Origin: an uncultured Actinomycetes bacterium | GTDB lineage: Bacteria > Actinomycetota > Acidimicrobiia > Acidimicrobiales > RAAP-2 | DNA: 64,000 nt | Reading direction: 5' to 3' | Assembly (NCBI GenBank): GCA_903893745.1 | Contig: CAITNF010000006.1 | Location: forward strand, 34,995 to 98,994 | In this document: positions 28,050-37,447 of the stretch, one piece after another | Layout: every line of letters begins with the position of its first letter | Position numbering within the stretch: position 1 is the stretch's first letter | Notes under the pieces: model-generated | Database searches by the model: none | What the model saw: the letters and a program-made list of their open reading frames with translations, nothing else | What the model was told of the DNA's origin: nothing | Translations under genes and position numbers: made by a program

Positions 28050-31000
28050 ATGGACGTCACACCGCACCCCCCGTTCGCGCGCCCACCGGCCAGCGACCCC
28101 TACCTTTCGGCCCTTCGTGAACGGGTACTGATCTACGACGGCGCTACCGGGACCAATCTGCAACTCCAAGATCTCACGGCCGATGACTTCGGAGGAGCTG
28201 AATTTGAGGGCTGTAACGAAATTCTGACGGTTACACGGCCCGACGCTATTGAACAGCTCCACCGGTCGTTCCTGGACGTGGGCGTTGACGTTATCGAGAC
28301 CGACTCCTTCGGGACATTTTCAGTCGTCCTAGCCGAATACGGCATTCCCGAGCGAACGCACGAATTAGCACTAGCTTCGGCGACGCTCGCGCGACGCGTG
28401 GCCGATAGTTACGCCAGCCCGGGCTCGCCCCGGTTCGTCGCGGGCTCTATCGGGCCCGGAACGAAGTTCCCAACACTCGGACAGATTACGTACGACGATC
28501 TTTCAGCCAGCTACGAAGAGTTGGCGTACGGATTGCTCGAAGGGGGCGTCGACCTTCTTTTAGTTGAAACCATGTTTGACCTGCTCTCGGGCAAGGCCGC
28601 CATCGCAGCGTGCCATCGCGCAATGGTTCGCCACGGTCGAATAGTGCCCATTCAGGCGCAAGTCACCATTGAAATGACGGGTCGAATGTTGCCGGGTACC
28701 GAAATCGGTGCCGCCATTACGGCGCTGAGTCCGCTGGGTATTGACGTACTTGGTCTTAACTGCGCCACCGGACCCGTCGAGATGTACGAACCTCTGCGCA
28801 CGCTCAGTGAGACTGCGCCAGTTCCTCTGGCCTGCCTACCGAACGCCGGCCTACCGAGCGTTGTCGACGGTGCCATGCACTACGACCTCACTCCCGAGGC
28901 CCTCGCTGAGCATCTCAGCCGGTTCGTGAGCGAGTACGGCGTGCGCGTGGTGGGCGGTTGTTGTGGCACCACGCCCGAGCACCTGGCTCGCGTGGTTGAA
29001 GCGGTCCGACCGCTCACGCCGGCGGTTCGTTCCGCCCACCTCGAACCGGCGGCCGCGTCGATTTACTCGGCCACTCCTTACCACCAAGACCGCTCAGTAC
29101 TTTTGGTGGGAGAACGCACCAACGCCAACGGTTCAAAGAAGTTCCGTGATGCCATGCTCGAAGGCGACTGGGACACTTGCGTCGGCATTGGCCGTGACCA
29201 GATTAAAGAAGGTGCCCACGTAATTGACGTCTGCGTTGACTACACCGGAGCCGATGGTGTTGGCGATATGCGTGAAGTCATGAGTCGGCTCGCCACTCAA
29301 TCCTCAGTCCCCATCATGGTCGACACCACCGAAACCAAGGTGGCGCGTCAGGCGCTGACCTGGCTCGGGGGCAAGGCCATCCTCAACTCGGTGAATCTTG
29401 AAGAAGGCGACGCCCCGGGCACTCGTTTGGATGGTTTTCTCTCTCTCGCCGCCGAATTTGGCGCGGCCGTCGTCGCAACCTGCATCGACGAAGAGGGGCA
29501 AGCTCGCACCGCCGAATGGAAACTACGAGCGGCTCGCAACATCACTGAATTAGCGGTCTCTCGTTACGGTCTGGACGCCAACGACATCTTCATTGACCCA
29601 CTCGCACTGCCACTTTCGACGGGCATGGTCGAATCGCGACGTGACGGCATCGAGACCATTGAAGCGATCAAACTAATCAAAGCTGAGTTGCCAGGTGTTC
29701 GAACGATACTGGGTCTCTCTAATATTTCTTTTGGTCTTAATCCCGCCGCTCGCCAAGTACTGAACAGTATGTTTCTTCACGAATGCGAGTTGGCCGGCCT
29801 GGATGCGGCCATCGTGCACGCGTCAAAAATCCTTCCACTCGCAAAAATCGATGAAGAGGCCCGCAAGGTCTGTCTCGATCTCATCTACGACCGTCGAACC
29901 GAAACCTACGACCCACTAACGGTCCTTCTTGGACTGTTTGAAGGCGCCACACCGTCAACCTCGTCGGCGGCTTCACTCAACGATCTGACCCTCCACGAGC
30001 GCCTCCGTCGCAGAATTATTGACGGCGTGCGAACGGGACTTGAGGCCGACCTCGATGAAGCCATCGCTGAGGGGCTCGCTCCTCTCAACATCATCAATGA
30101 TTATCTGCTCGACGGTATGCGTGAAGTTGGTGACCTCTTCGCGAGTGGTGAGATGCAGCTCCCCTTCGTGTTGCAAAGTGCCGAGACCATGAAGACTGCC
30201 GTTGCCCACTTGGAGCCCCTGATGGAAAAGAGTGACCAGGGCGGTCGGGGCCGAGTTGTACTGGCCACGGTGAAGGGTGACGTCCACGATATTGGTAAGA
30301 ACTTGGTCGACATCATCTTGACGAATAATGGCTACGAAGTCATCAACCTGGGGATCAAAGTAGGTGTGAACGAAATGCTCGCCGCCGTCGAGGAGCATCA
30401 CGCTGATGCCCTGGGAATGAGCGGACTTCTCGTAAAGTCGACGCTTATCATGCGCGAGAATCTCGAGTTGATGAATGAGCGCGGCATGGCAAACATTCCC
30501 GTGTTGCTCGGTGGAGCCGCCCTCACGCGCACGTACGTTGAGCGAGATCTGCGCACCGTCTATCAGGGCCGAGTCTTTTATGGCAAGGATGCCTTCGAGG
30601 GACTACGCGTGCTCGACCGCTTGGGAGAACTTCGACGAGGCGACGATGACGACCCCTCGTTTGGACGCGAAATCTCTGAAAAGAACGTGCAACGTCGATT
30701 CCGCGGGGAAGAGCCCGCTCCCGAAGGACTTCCCGCGAGGAGTCCGGACGTCGACTATGAGAATCCTCTCTTCACGCCGCCGTTTCTTGGTAGTCGCGTC
30801 GCCAAAGGTATGTCGCTCGACGAAATTGGTGAGTTCCTCAACCTCACCGCGCTCTTTCGAAATCAGTGGGGTTACCGTCCCGAAAACGATGAGGATGACG
30901 CTGCCTTTAAGGAGCGAGTGAGTGCCATCCTGCGCGAGCAGTTAGGACTAGCCAAAGAAGACGATCTCTTGATCCCTCAGGTTGTCTGGGGCCACTTCCC

Positions 31001-31553
31001 CGTGGCGGCGGATGGTGATGACCTCGTTGTGTATCAAGATGACACGCGCAAGGACGAACTCACCCGATTCCATTTTCCCCGCCAGCATCAGGCTCCTTTC
31101 CTCTGCATCGCAGACTTCTTTCGACCGGTGACGCACCCCGAACACGACTACGCCAGTTTCATGCTGGTCACCATGGGTTCGAGAATCTCCGCACGCTGCC
31201 AGGAACTTTTCGAAGAGAATCGTTACAGCGACTATCTCTTGCTGCACGGGCTCGGCGTCGAAATGGCCGAAGCGCTGGCCGAACTGTGGCACCGGCGAAT
31301 TCGAGAGGAATTAGGTTTCGTCGAACAAGATGGTCCGACCCTAACTGGACTCTTTCGCCAGCAGTACCGTGGCGGGCGCTACTCGTGGGGCTACCCGGCC
31401 TGCCCGGATCTCACCGACAACGCCAAAGTCGCTGAACTCCTCGGCGCCGATCGTATTGGCGTGACCGTGTCCGAAGGATTCCAGCTGCACCCCGAGCAGA
31501 CAACGGACGCGATCATCTGCCACCACCCCATGGCAAAGTACTTCGTCGTCTAG
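28050..31553 (+). CDS. metH: B12-dependent methionine synthase
   Basis: GGCCGT, GERTNANGSKKF, GDVHDIGKN, RYSWGYPACPD. Confidence 0.96.
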   Translation: MDVTPHPPFARPPASDPYLSALRERVLIYDGATGTNLQLQDLTADDFGGAEFEGCNEILTVTRPDAIEQLHRSFLDVGVDVIETDSFGTFSVVLAEYGIPERTHELALASATLARRVADSYASPGSPRFVAGSIGPGTKFPTLGQITYDDLSASYEELAYGLLEGGVDLLLVETMFDLLSGKAAIAACHRAMVRHGRIVPIQAQVTIEMTGRMLPGTEIGAAITALSPLGIDVLGLNCATGPVEMYEPLRTLSETAPVPLACLPNAGLPSVVDGAMHYDLTPEALAEHLSRFVSEYGVRVVGGCCGTTPEHLARVVEAVRPLTPAVRSAHLEPAAASIYSATPYHQDRSVLLVGERTNANGSKKFRDAMLEGDWDTCVGIGRDQIKEGAHVIDVCVDYTGADGVGDMREVMSRLATQSSVPIMVDTTETKVARQALTWLGGKAILNSVNLEEGDAPGTRLDGFLSLAAEFGAAVVATCIDEEGQARTAEWKLRAARNITELAVSRYGLDANDIFIDPLALPLSTGMVESRRDGIETIEAIKLIKAELPGVRTILGLSNISFGLNPAARQVLNSMFLHECELAGLDAAIVHASKILPLAKIDEEARKVCLDLIYDRRTETYDPLTVLLGLFEGATPSTSSAASLNDLTLHERLRRRIIDGVRTGLEADLDEAIAEGLAPLNIINDYLLDGMREVGDLFASGEMQLPFVLQSAETMKTAVAHLEPLMEKSDQGGRGRVVLATVKGDVHDIGKNLVDIILTNNGYEVINLGIKVGVNEMLAAVEEHHADALGMSGLLVKSTLIMRENLELMNERGMANIPVLLGGAALTRTYVERDLRTVYQGRVFYGKDAFEGLRVLDRLGELRRGDDDDPSFGREISEKNVQRRFRGEEPAPEGLPARSPDVDYENPLFTPPFLGSRVAKGMSLDEIGEFLNLTALFRNQWGYRPENDEDDAAFKERVSAILREQLGLAKEDDLLIPQVVWGHFPVAADGDDLVVYQDDTRKDELTRFHFPRQHQAPFLCIADFFRPVTHPEHDYASFMLVTMGSRISARCQELFEENRYSDYLLLHGLGVEMAEALAELWHRRIREELGFVEQDGPTLTGLFRQQYRGGRYSWGYPACPDLTDNAKVAELLGADRIGVTVSEGFQLHPEQTTDAIICHHPMAKYFVV

Positions 31554-31573
31554 CCCGACGTTGCTTCAGCTAT

Positions 31574-33202
31574 CTACCCACGACGAAGTGGCATCGCCAG
31601 CGGCGTGGCGTCGTGCAACGCTTCACGAGCGTGATAGCTCGACCGGGTCAGCGGTGACGCCTGCACGTGAGCGAGCCCCATTGCTTCACCGCGACGTGCC
31701 AACTCATCAAACTCCTGGGGCTCCCACCAACGCGCGACTGGAAGGTGCTGTTCAGTCGGGCGAAGATACTGACCAATGGTGGCGATGGACACACCTACTG
31801 ATGCCAGGTCCGCCAACGTCTCTTCAACTTCCTCGGAAGTTTCCCCGAGTCCCACCATCAGACCCGACTTCGTGGTGAATCCGGCGGCCACGCTGCGCGC
31901 CAGCACCGTGAGTGAGCGCAGGTAGCTGGCGCTCGGACGAACGGCCCGCTGCAGCCGAGCGACCGTCTCAATATTGTGGTTGATAACGTCGGGCTGCGCA
32001 TCAAAAATCATTTGCAACGAATCGCGGTTGCCCTTGAGATCACTAATTAAGACCTCCACGTTGGTTTCGGGAGATCGGGATCGGATGGCGCGTACCGTGT
32101 CGGCAATCGCCATCGCACCCCCGTCAGCTAGATCATCACGCGCCACGCACGTGATCACCGCGTGACGGAGCTTGAGTCGCACCACGGCTTCGCCAACGCG
32201 GTCCGGTTCGGTCGGATCGAGGGCCAATGGTTTACGAGTATCAATCAGACAGAACCCGCAGGCTCGAGTGCAGCGCTCGCCATTCACCATGAATGTTGCG
32301 GTGCCCGATGCCCAACATTCAAAAATGTTCGGACAGCCCGCCTCTTCACACACCGTCACCAGTCGAAGATCTTCGGTAAGCGTGCGCAACGATTGGAATT
32401 CGTTGCCCATTTTGGCTTCGATTCGCAACCACGACGGCTTTCGTGTGTGAAAGGGGATTCCACCGTCGGGATCGACGCCGGCCTTTCGCAGACGTCGCAG
32501 CAGTGGGCGCTCGCTACTGGACGATGCCAGGCTCCGATCTACCGAAGCCCTTCGCACTGGACCACCGATTCTGGCGCACAGTTCGTCACCAAGGCGCTCT
32601 TCCACGTCAAGCGCACTCACGGTGAGCCCCAACGAGTGCAAGGAACCTACTGGCCGGTCGGCAATTCCGCACGGCACAATGGCGCTAAAACCCTCTAGAT
32701 CAATATCGACGTTGAGGGCCACGCCGTGGAGGGTGCGACGAAGACCAGCCTCATTGCGCTCCGTGCGAACTCCAATCGCTGCAATCTTGGTCGGTTCTTC
32801 GTCCAGTCGAGCCCACACTCCGGGGTAGCCCTCGAGTCGCCCCACTCGACCCAAACGGCCATCGGGATCAAAATACTGCACTGTCGCAATCACCGAATCT
32901 TCTAATTGGGCGACGTGCGTCTTGCCGGCCGAGGGATCGTCAGCGACCGTGACAATTGGCCACGCCACTACTTGACCGGGCGCGTGATAGGTGACGTCGC
33001 CGCCGCGGTCGGCGTCGATAACGACCGCGTCCAGCGATGAAGGGGGTACGAGAAAATGCTCATCGACGGTGCGCACCCCGCGTGTGTAGGTCGGCGGATG
33101 CTCCAGGAGAAGCACGTAGTTATCTCTCGACTCCACTAGGGCTCGCTGGAAGTCATTCGCTTCAGCGAAACTGACTCGACCCAAGTGTCGGCGACGGATC
33201 AT
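31574..33202 (-). CDS. lipBA: Fused octanoyltransferase LipB - lipoyl synthase LipA
   Basis: LipB: EHPPTYT, DRGGDVTYH, KIAAIG, IVPCGI; LipA: CEEAGCPNIFEC, CTRACGFC, RSSY. Confidence 0.92.
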   Translation of the reverse strand: MIRRRHLGRVSFAEANDFQRALVESRDNYVLLLEHPPTYTRGVRTVDEHFLVPPSSLDAVVIDADRGGDVTYHAPGQVVAWPIVTVADDPSAGKTHVAQLEDSVIATVQYFDPDGRLGRVGRLEGYPGVWARLDEEPTKIAAIGVRTERNEAGLRRTLHGVALNVDIDLEGFSAIVPCGIADRPVGSLHSLGLTVSALDVEERLGDELCARIGGPVRRASVDRSLASSSSERPLLRRLRKAGVDPDGGIPFHTRKPSWLRIEAKMGNEFQSLRTLTEDLRLVTVCEEAGCPNIFECWASGTATFMVNGERCTRACGFCLIDTRKPLALDPTEPDRVGEAVVRLKLRHAVITCVARDDLADGGAMAIADTVRAIRSRSPETNVEVLISDLKGNRDSLQMIFDAQPDVINHNIETVARLQRAVRPSASYLRSLTVLARSVAAGFTTKSGLMVGLGETSEEVEETLADLASVGVSIATIGQYLRPTEQHLPVARWWEPQEFDELARRGEAMGLAHVQASPLTRSSYHAREALHDATPLAMPLRRG

Positions 33203-34384
33203 CTAGCGCTCGCTCTCCAGATTCAGTCCCGCCAAGAGAACTCCCACTCGTTCTAGATACTGGGCCGCCGCCACCGGTTCACAGACTCGATGGTCGAACG
33301 AAAGGCCCAAGATCAGACGTCGGCCAATCTCGAGGGTCGACACTCCATCACGAAGAACCACCACCGGAACTTGACGAACGGCGCCGACGGAGAGCACCGC
33401 GGTCTGGGGCTGAATGATTATTGGTTGGACGAAAATTGTGTGATCGCTCGGCGCACTCATCATCGTGAACGTACCGCCCATGAGATCGTCCGTGGTGAGT
33501 TGCCTCGACAACACTCGCTCGTCGAGGTCCACGACTCGACGGGCGAAAGCTCGAAGGGTCAAGTCAGATGTGGCGTGCACGACGGGAACCAACATGCCTT
33601 CATCGGCTACCGGGCGCGTGAGCCCGAGATTCACGGTTCGATGAATCGTTAGCTGTTCATCGCTGTAGGTGGCATTGAGGAATTCGAACTCACGCAGTGC
33701 GCGCACTGCCGCCAGGCCCACGACCATTTCGCTGGTAATCACGATGCCGTCACGCGTGACACCCTCGAATGCACTCAGCGAGTCAAAGACTGCTCCATCA
33801 ACCTCAACGGCGACGAAGCCGTGTGGTGTTGACTGCAGCGACGCGACCATGTGCTGACCCATTCGCCGGAGGCCATTGGACAGTGGGCGAATAATCTCCT
33901 CGGTGGGCCCATTCGCGATAGCAATTTCGGCATCGCGACGAGTGATGGCCCCACCGGGGCCCGTTCCTTGAATTGCTGAAGGCTCCACACCACCGTCAGC
34001 CAAAATTCGACGTACTACTGGAGAAAGCACGACGCCAGGTATCGTGCCAGGTGTTGCGCCAGGTGTTGTTCGCGCCAAGGGTGCTGACGCCACTACTTCG
34101 CTCGCGACACCAGGCGAAGCCGTCTCGGCGGGGGCGGATCCCGGTGTGGCCGTCTCATCAATAACCGCAACGACTGCCCCGGTCTCGACCGTGTCGCCTT
34201 CATTAGCCAAAATTTTGATTAGAACACCAGCCGCTGGTGAGGGTAGCTCTGAATCGACCTTGTCCGTAGAAACTTCGAAAAGTGGTTCGTCACGGGCGAT
34301 GACGTCGCCCACTTGCTTGAACCAGCGAGTGATAATCCCCTCAGTAACCGACTCACCCAGTGACGGAAGCGTGACCTCAGCCAA
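33203..34384 (-). CDS. 2-oxoacid dehydrogenase E2-like protein (one lipoyl domain, divergent catalytic domain)
   Basis: VSTDKVDSE lipoyl Lys, LSPVVRR binding domain, SFDHRVCEP. Confidence 0.85.
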   Translation of the reverse strand: MAEVTLPSLGESVTEGIITRWFKQVGDVIARDEPLFEVSTDKVDSELPSPAAGVLIKILANEGDTVETGAVVAVIDETATPGSAPAETASPGVASEVVASAPLARTTPGATPGTIPGVVLSPVVRRILADGGVEPSAIQGTGPGGAITRRDAEIAIANGPTEEIIRPLSNGLRRMGQHMVASLQSTPHGFVAVEVDGAVFDSLSAFEGVTRDGIVITSEMVVGLAAVRALREFEFLNATYSDEQLTIHRTVNLGLTRPVADEGMLVPVVHATSDLTLRAFARRVVDLDERVLSRQLTTDDLMGGTFTMMSAPSDHTIFVQPIIIQPQTAVLSVGAVRQVPVVVLRDGVSTLEIGRRLILGLSFDHRVCEPVAAAQYLERVGVLLAGLNLESER

Positions 34385-35795
34385 CGTGAAGCCCCCGACC
34401 AGCGAGAGCTAACAGTGTTTCGCCAAAGGTCTCGGACAACGAAGGGTGCGGTTGAATAAGAGCTGCCGCTTCTTCGGCCGTGGCCTCCCAGTTAACCGCG
34501 AAGTACCCCGCGCCCAACTGCTCGGTCACCCAAGGTCCGGCCATGTGTACGCCCAGAATCTGCCCCGCAGTGCCGTCAGCACGCTTTTCCGCAATGATTT
34601 TCACTACGCCATCGGTATCGCCAATAATCTGCGCACGGCTGTTGCCACCGAACGGATCTTTCTTCACGACCACGTCGTAACCTTTTTCTTTCGCGCCCGC
34701 TTCGGTGAGTCCGCAAAAGGCCACTTCGGGGTTCGAGTAAATAGCCCAGGGAACTCGGTCGTAGTCCACCGGAACAACGGGCTCGCCCAGGATTGTTTTA
34801 ATCGCCACAATGGCTTCCGCAAAACCAACGTGGGCCAGCTGAGGCGTATTGGCCACCACGTCGCCCACCGCGAAGACGTGAGCGTTAGCCGTGCGCTGGT
34901 AACCGTCGGCCACCACAAAGCCCCGCTCGTCAATCTCGACACCGGTACCCTCGCCGAGGAGTCCTTCTGTTCTGGCGCGTCGTCCGACGGACATGACCAC
35001 CATGTCCACCTTCAAGTCATCACCGCCCTCAATGGAGAGTGTCGTGCCACCCTTCTTATTCGCCGCGTGTCCCGTCACTTTGGCGCCTACTCGAATATCG
35101 ATGCCACGCTTCTTAAAGGAGCGCTGCACAACACTCACGACCTCACTGTCACAACCAGTCAGGATTGAGGGAAGAAACTCGAGAATCGTCACTTCGGTGC
35201 CCATGTCACAGAGCATTGAGGCAAACTCACAGCCAATCGCGCCGCCGCCAATAACCGCCGCGGTCGCCGGAAGTGCCGTGAGATTCAAAAACTCATCTGA
35301 CGTCAACACAATTGAGCCATCAATCTCGAAGCCGGGCAAGGTGCGCGGCACCGAGCCCGCAGCCAAGATCACGTTCGTACCCTTCGCGATGACTCCCGCG
35401 TCAGCTCCGTCGAGCACGACCACCGTTTCGTTCGCGTCAAGGCGAGCGGTGCCCTCGAACAAGGTAATTTTTCGGCCCTTAATGAGACCCGAAAGTCCCT
35501 TGAAGAGGCGATCGACAATTTCATTCTTTCGACCTTGGCTCACCGAGAAGTCAACAGTGACGTCCTTGGTTTTGATGCCAAAGTCACTCGCGTGGGCAAT
35601 CGTCCGGCGGACGTGCGCGGTTTCGAGGAATTCTTTAGCGGGGACGCAGCCCCGATGCAGACAGGTTCCACCGACTTTGTCACGCTCAATCAGCGCGACA
35701 TTAAGACCGGCGGCGGCGGCGTAGAGGGCAGCGGCGTAGCCACCGGGTCCTCCCCCAATAACGACAACGTCAAACTGCTGAACCTCTTGTGCCAC
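34377..35795 (-). CDS. lpdA: Dihydrolipoamide dehydrogenase
   Basis: GGGPGG, GGTCLHRGCVP, GGGAIG, HPSLSE; start GTG 35795 with SD. Confidence 0.95.
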   Translation of the reverse strand: MAQEVQQFDVVVIGGGPGGYAAALYAAAAGLNVALIERDKVGGTCLHRGCVPAKEFLETAHVRRTIAHASDFGIKTKDVTVDFSVSQGRKNEIVDRLFKGLSGLIKGRKITLFEGTARLDANETVVVLDGADAGVIAKGTNVILAAGSVPRTLPGFEIDGSIVLTSDEFLNLTALPATAAVIGGGAIGCEFASMLCDMGTEVTILEFLPSILTGCDSEVVSVVQRSFKKRGIDIRVGAKVTGHAANKKGGTTLSIEGGDDLKVDMVVMSVGRRARTEGLLGEGTGVEIDERGFVVADGYQRTANAHVFAVGDVVANTPQLAHVGFAEAIVAIKTILGEPVVPVDYDRVPWAIYSNPEVAFCGLTEAGAKEKGYDVVVKKDPFGGNSRAQIIGDTDGVVKIIAEKRADGTAGQILGVHMAGPWVTEQLGAGYFAVNWEATAEEAAALIQPHPSLSETFGETLLALAGRGLHVG

Positions 35796-35838
35796 GGAAC
35801 TGTCCCTTCTCATTCGCTGAAACCAGATAAATCCTAAT

Positions 35839-35861
35839 GTGTTTTGGACCTACTAAAACAC
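35839..35861. promoter_or_regulatory. Inverted repeat GTGTTTT-N9-AAAACAC, candidate operator of the lpdA operon
   Basis: Perfect 7-bp arms just upstream of minus-strand TAGGAT (35831-35836). Confidence 0.45.
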
Positions 35862-35866
35862 CGCAG

Positions 35867-36304
35867 TTAGGACTGCTGACCCTGTTGCAGGTCCGCGGCT
35901 TGTGTCGCGAGAACGTCAACAAAGTCATTCATCACGTCACCCGAGTGACCCTTTACCCAGGTAAAAGTGATTTCTCGTTCTACGCCCAGCGTGAGAGTGA
36001 AGAGTTGCTCCCAGAGATCACGATTTGAGACCGGTTTGCCTTGCGAGTTCTTCCAGCCGCGTCGCAGCCAACCCGCGTGCCACTTATCGTGAAAACATTT
36101 CACGACGTAGGTTGAGTCACTGACTATCTCAATTGGTCCATCAGGGTTAGCCAACAGGGCCTCAATGACGGCTCGAACCTCCATGCGCTGATTGGTGGTA
36201 TGGCCTTCGGACCCACTCGCGTACTCATCAACGCCACAGGCCCAAGCCCAACCACCCGGTCCGGGATTACCACGACACGCGCCGTCGGTATGAATTCGCT
36301 TCAT
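35867..36304 (-). CDS. rnhA: Ribonuclease HI
   Basis: TDGACRGNPGPGGW, TNQRME, SDSTY, WVKGHSG, NDFVD. Confidence 0.95.
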   Translation of the reverse strand: MKRIHTDGACRGNPGPGGWAWACGVDEYASGSEGHTTNQRMEVRAVIEALLANPDGPIEIVSDSTYVVKCFHDKWHAGWLRRGWKNSQGKPVSNRDLWEQLFTLTLGVEREITFTWVKGHSGDVMNDFVDVLATQAADLQQGQQS

Positions 36305-36759
36305 AGCTTTCGAGTTATCCACGCATCCGGATCTGACGTAATTCTCGTCACGGCCATCGGTAGATCGCCCCGAAAGATTTCGCCCAGCGTGACGTGCTCT
36401 AGGACTTCTCGAAGAGCTCCTCGTACCGCCACCCACACATCTTGAAGATGTACCGCCTCGCCCCCGTAGTGAAGTGTTTCGGGACGCATGCCCCGTACGC
36501 CCGCGAGTGGGCCACTGACCACACGCAAAATATCGGCAATCATGATGGTGTCGGGATCGCGGGCCAACTTAAATCCCCCTTCGGGGCCGCGTTGACTGGT
36601 CACGAGGCCACTTCGGCGCAAATCAGACATGATGGCTCCGAGGAATTTTGCGGGCAGCTCTTGTTCTTGGGCCAGGTGTTCGGCACTAATCGAACTATCG
36701 CTCCCCGCCAAGGTCAAAAGTGCCCTAATCGCGTATTCGGCTTTTGCGGGAATCTGCAT
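36301..36759 (-). CDS. Rrf2 family regulator (no Cys)
   Basis: AKAEYAIRAL, LRRSGLVTSQRGPEGGFKLAR. Confidence 0.9.
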   Translation of the reverse strand: MQIPAKAEYAIRALLTLAGSDSSISAEHLAQEQELPAKFLGAIMSDLRRSGLVTSQRGPEGGFKLARDPDTIMIADILRVVSGPLAGVRGMRPETLHYGGEAVHLQDVWVAVRGALREVLEHVTLGEIFRGDLPMAVTRITSDPDAWITRKL

Positions 36760-36772
36760 TCACCTATTATTC

Positions 36773-36786
36773 CCTAGAAATCTAGG
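36773..36786. promoter_or_regulatory. Palindrome CCTAGA-AA-TCTAGG in the Rrf2/thiE divergent spacer
   Basis: Perfect 6-2-6 inverted repeat 13 bp upstream of the Rrf2 ATG. Confidence 0.4.
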
Positions 36787-36823
36787 AATTGGAGCTATTC
36801 GCCAGAACTCCTATGGTGGACCC

Positions 36824-37447
36824 GTGTTCAACCTCAATGAGCGACGGTTCTATCTCTGTGTTGGCCATCGTCAAGATATGGCCACCTTCCTGCCCGCGGT
36901 GCTTCGCGGCGGGGTAGATGTAGTGCAACTTCGCGAAAAGGTACTACCCCCCGAGGCCCTCATCACCACGGCCACCATCATGATGACGATCTGTCACGAC
37001 TTCGATATTCCCTTCATAATCAACGATTCCCCCGAACTAGCCCTCGAAGTGGGTGCCGACGGTGTGCACGTTGGTCAAGACGACGCCACCGTGGCGCACT
37101 GTCGAGACTTGTTGGGTGACGACGCGCTCATCGGCCTGTCAACTCACTCACCCCAAGAATTCACGCTGGCTCAGCTCCAACGCGCAAACTATTTCAGTGC
37201 TGGGCCAATCGTCGCCACCCCAACGAAGCCGGGGCGACTCGGCACGGGGCTCGACTACGCGCTCTCGTGTCAAGCACAAAGTGATCGGCCACTATTCGTA
37301 ACTGGAGGGGTGGACGCCAGCAACATTGGCTCGCTTGTCGCGGCGGGACTGCGGCACTTTGTCGTAGTCCGAGCGTTGACCGAAGCGTCGGACCCGGAGC
37401 AATCTGCTCGGGATATTCGCACTGCGCTCGACAGCGCCCTCGCTTAG
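36824..37447 (+). CDS. thiE: Thiamine phosphate synthase
   Basis: VQLREK, FIIND, DGVHVGQDD, IGLSTHS, TPTKPG; start GTG from TATGGT-N6. Confidence 0.92.
   Translation: MFNLNERRFYLCVGHRQDMATFLPAVLRGGVDVVQLREKVLPPEALITTATIMMTICHDFDIPFIINDSPELALEVGADGVHVGQDDATVAHCRDLLGDDALIGLSTHSPQEFTLAQLQRANYFSAGPIVATPTKPGRLGTGLDYALSCQAQSDRPLFVTGGVDASNIGSLVAAGLRHFVVVRALTEASDPEQSARDIRTALDSALA

Noticed and set aside
36760-36823. TPP riboswitch before thiE
   Set aside because: The spacer is 64 bp with a leaderless-type start, and there is no CUGAGA motif
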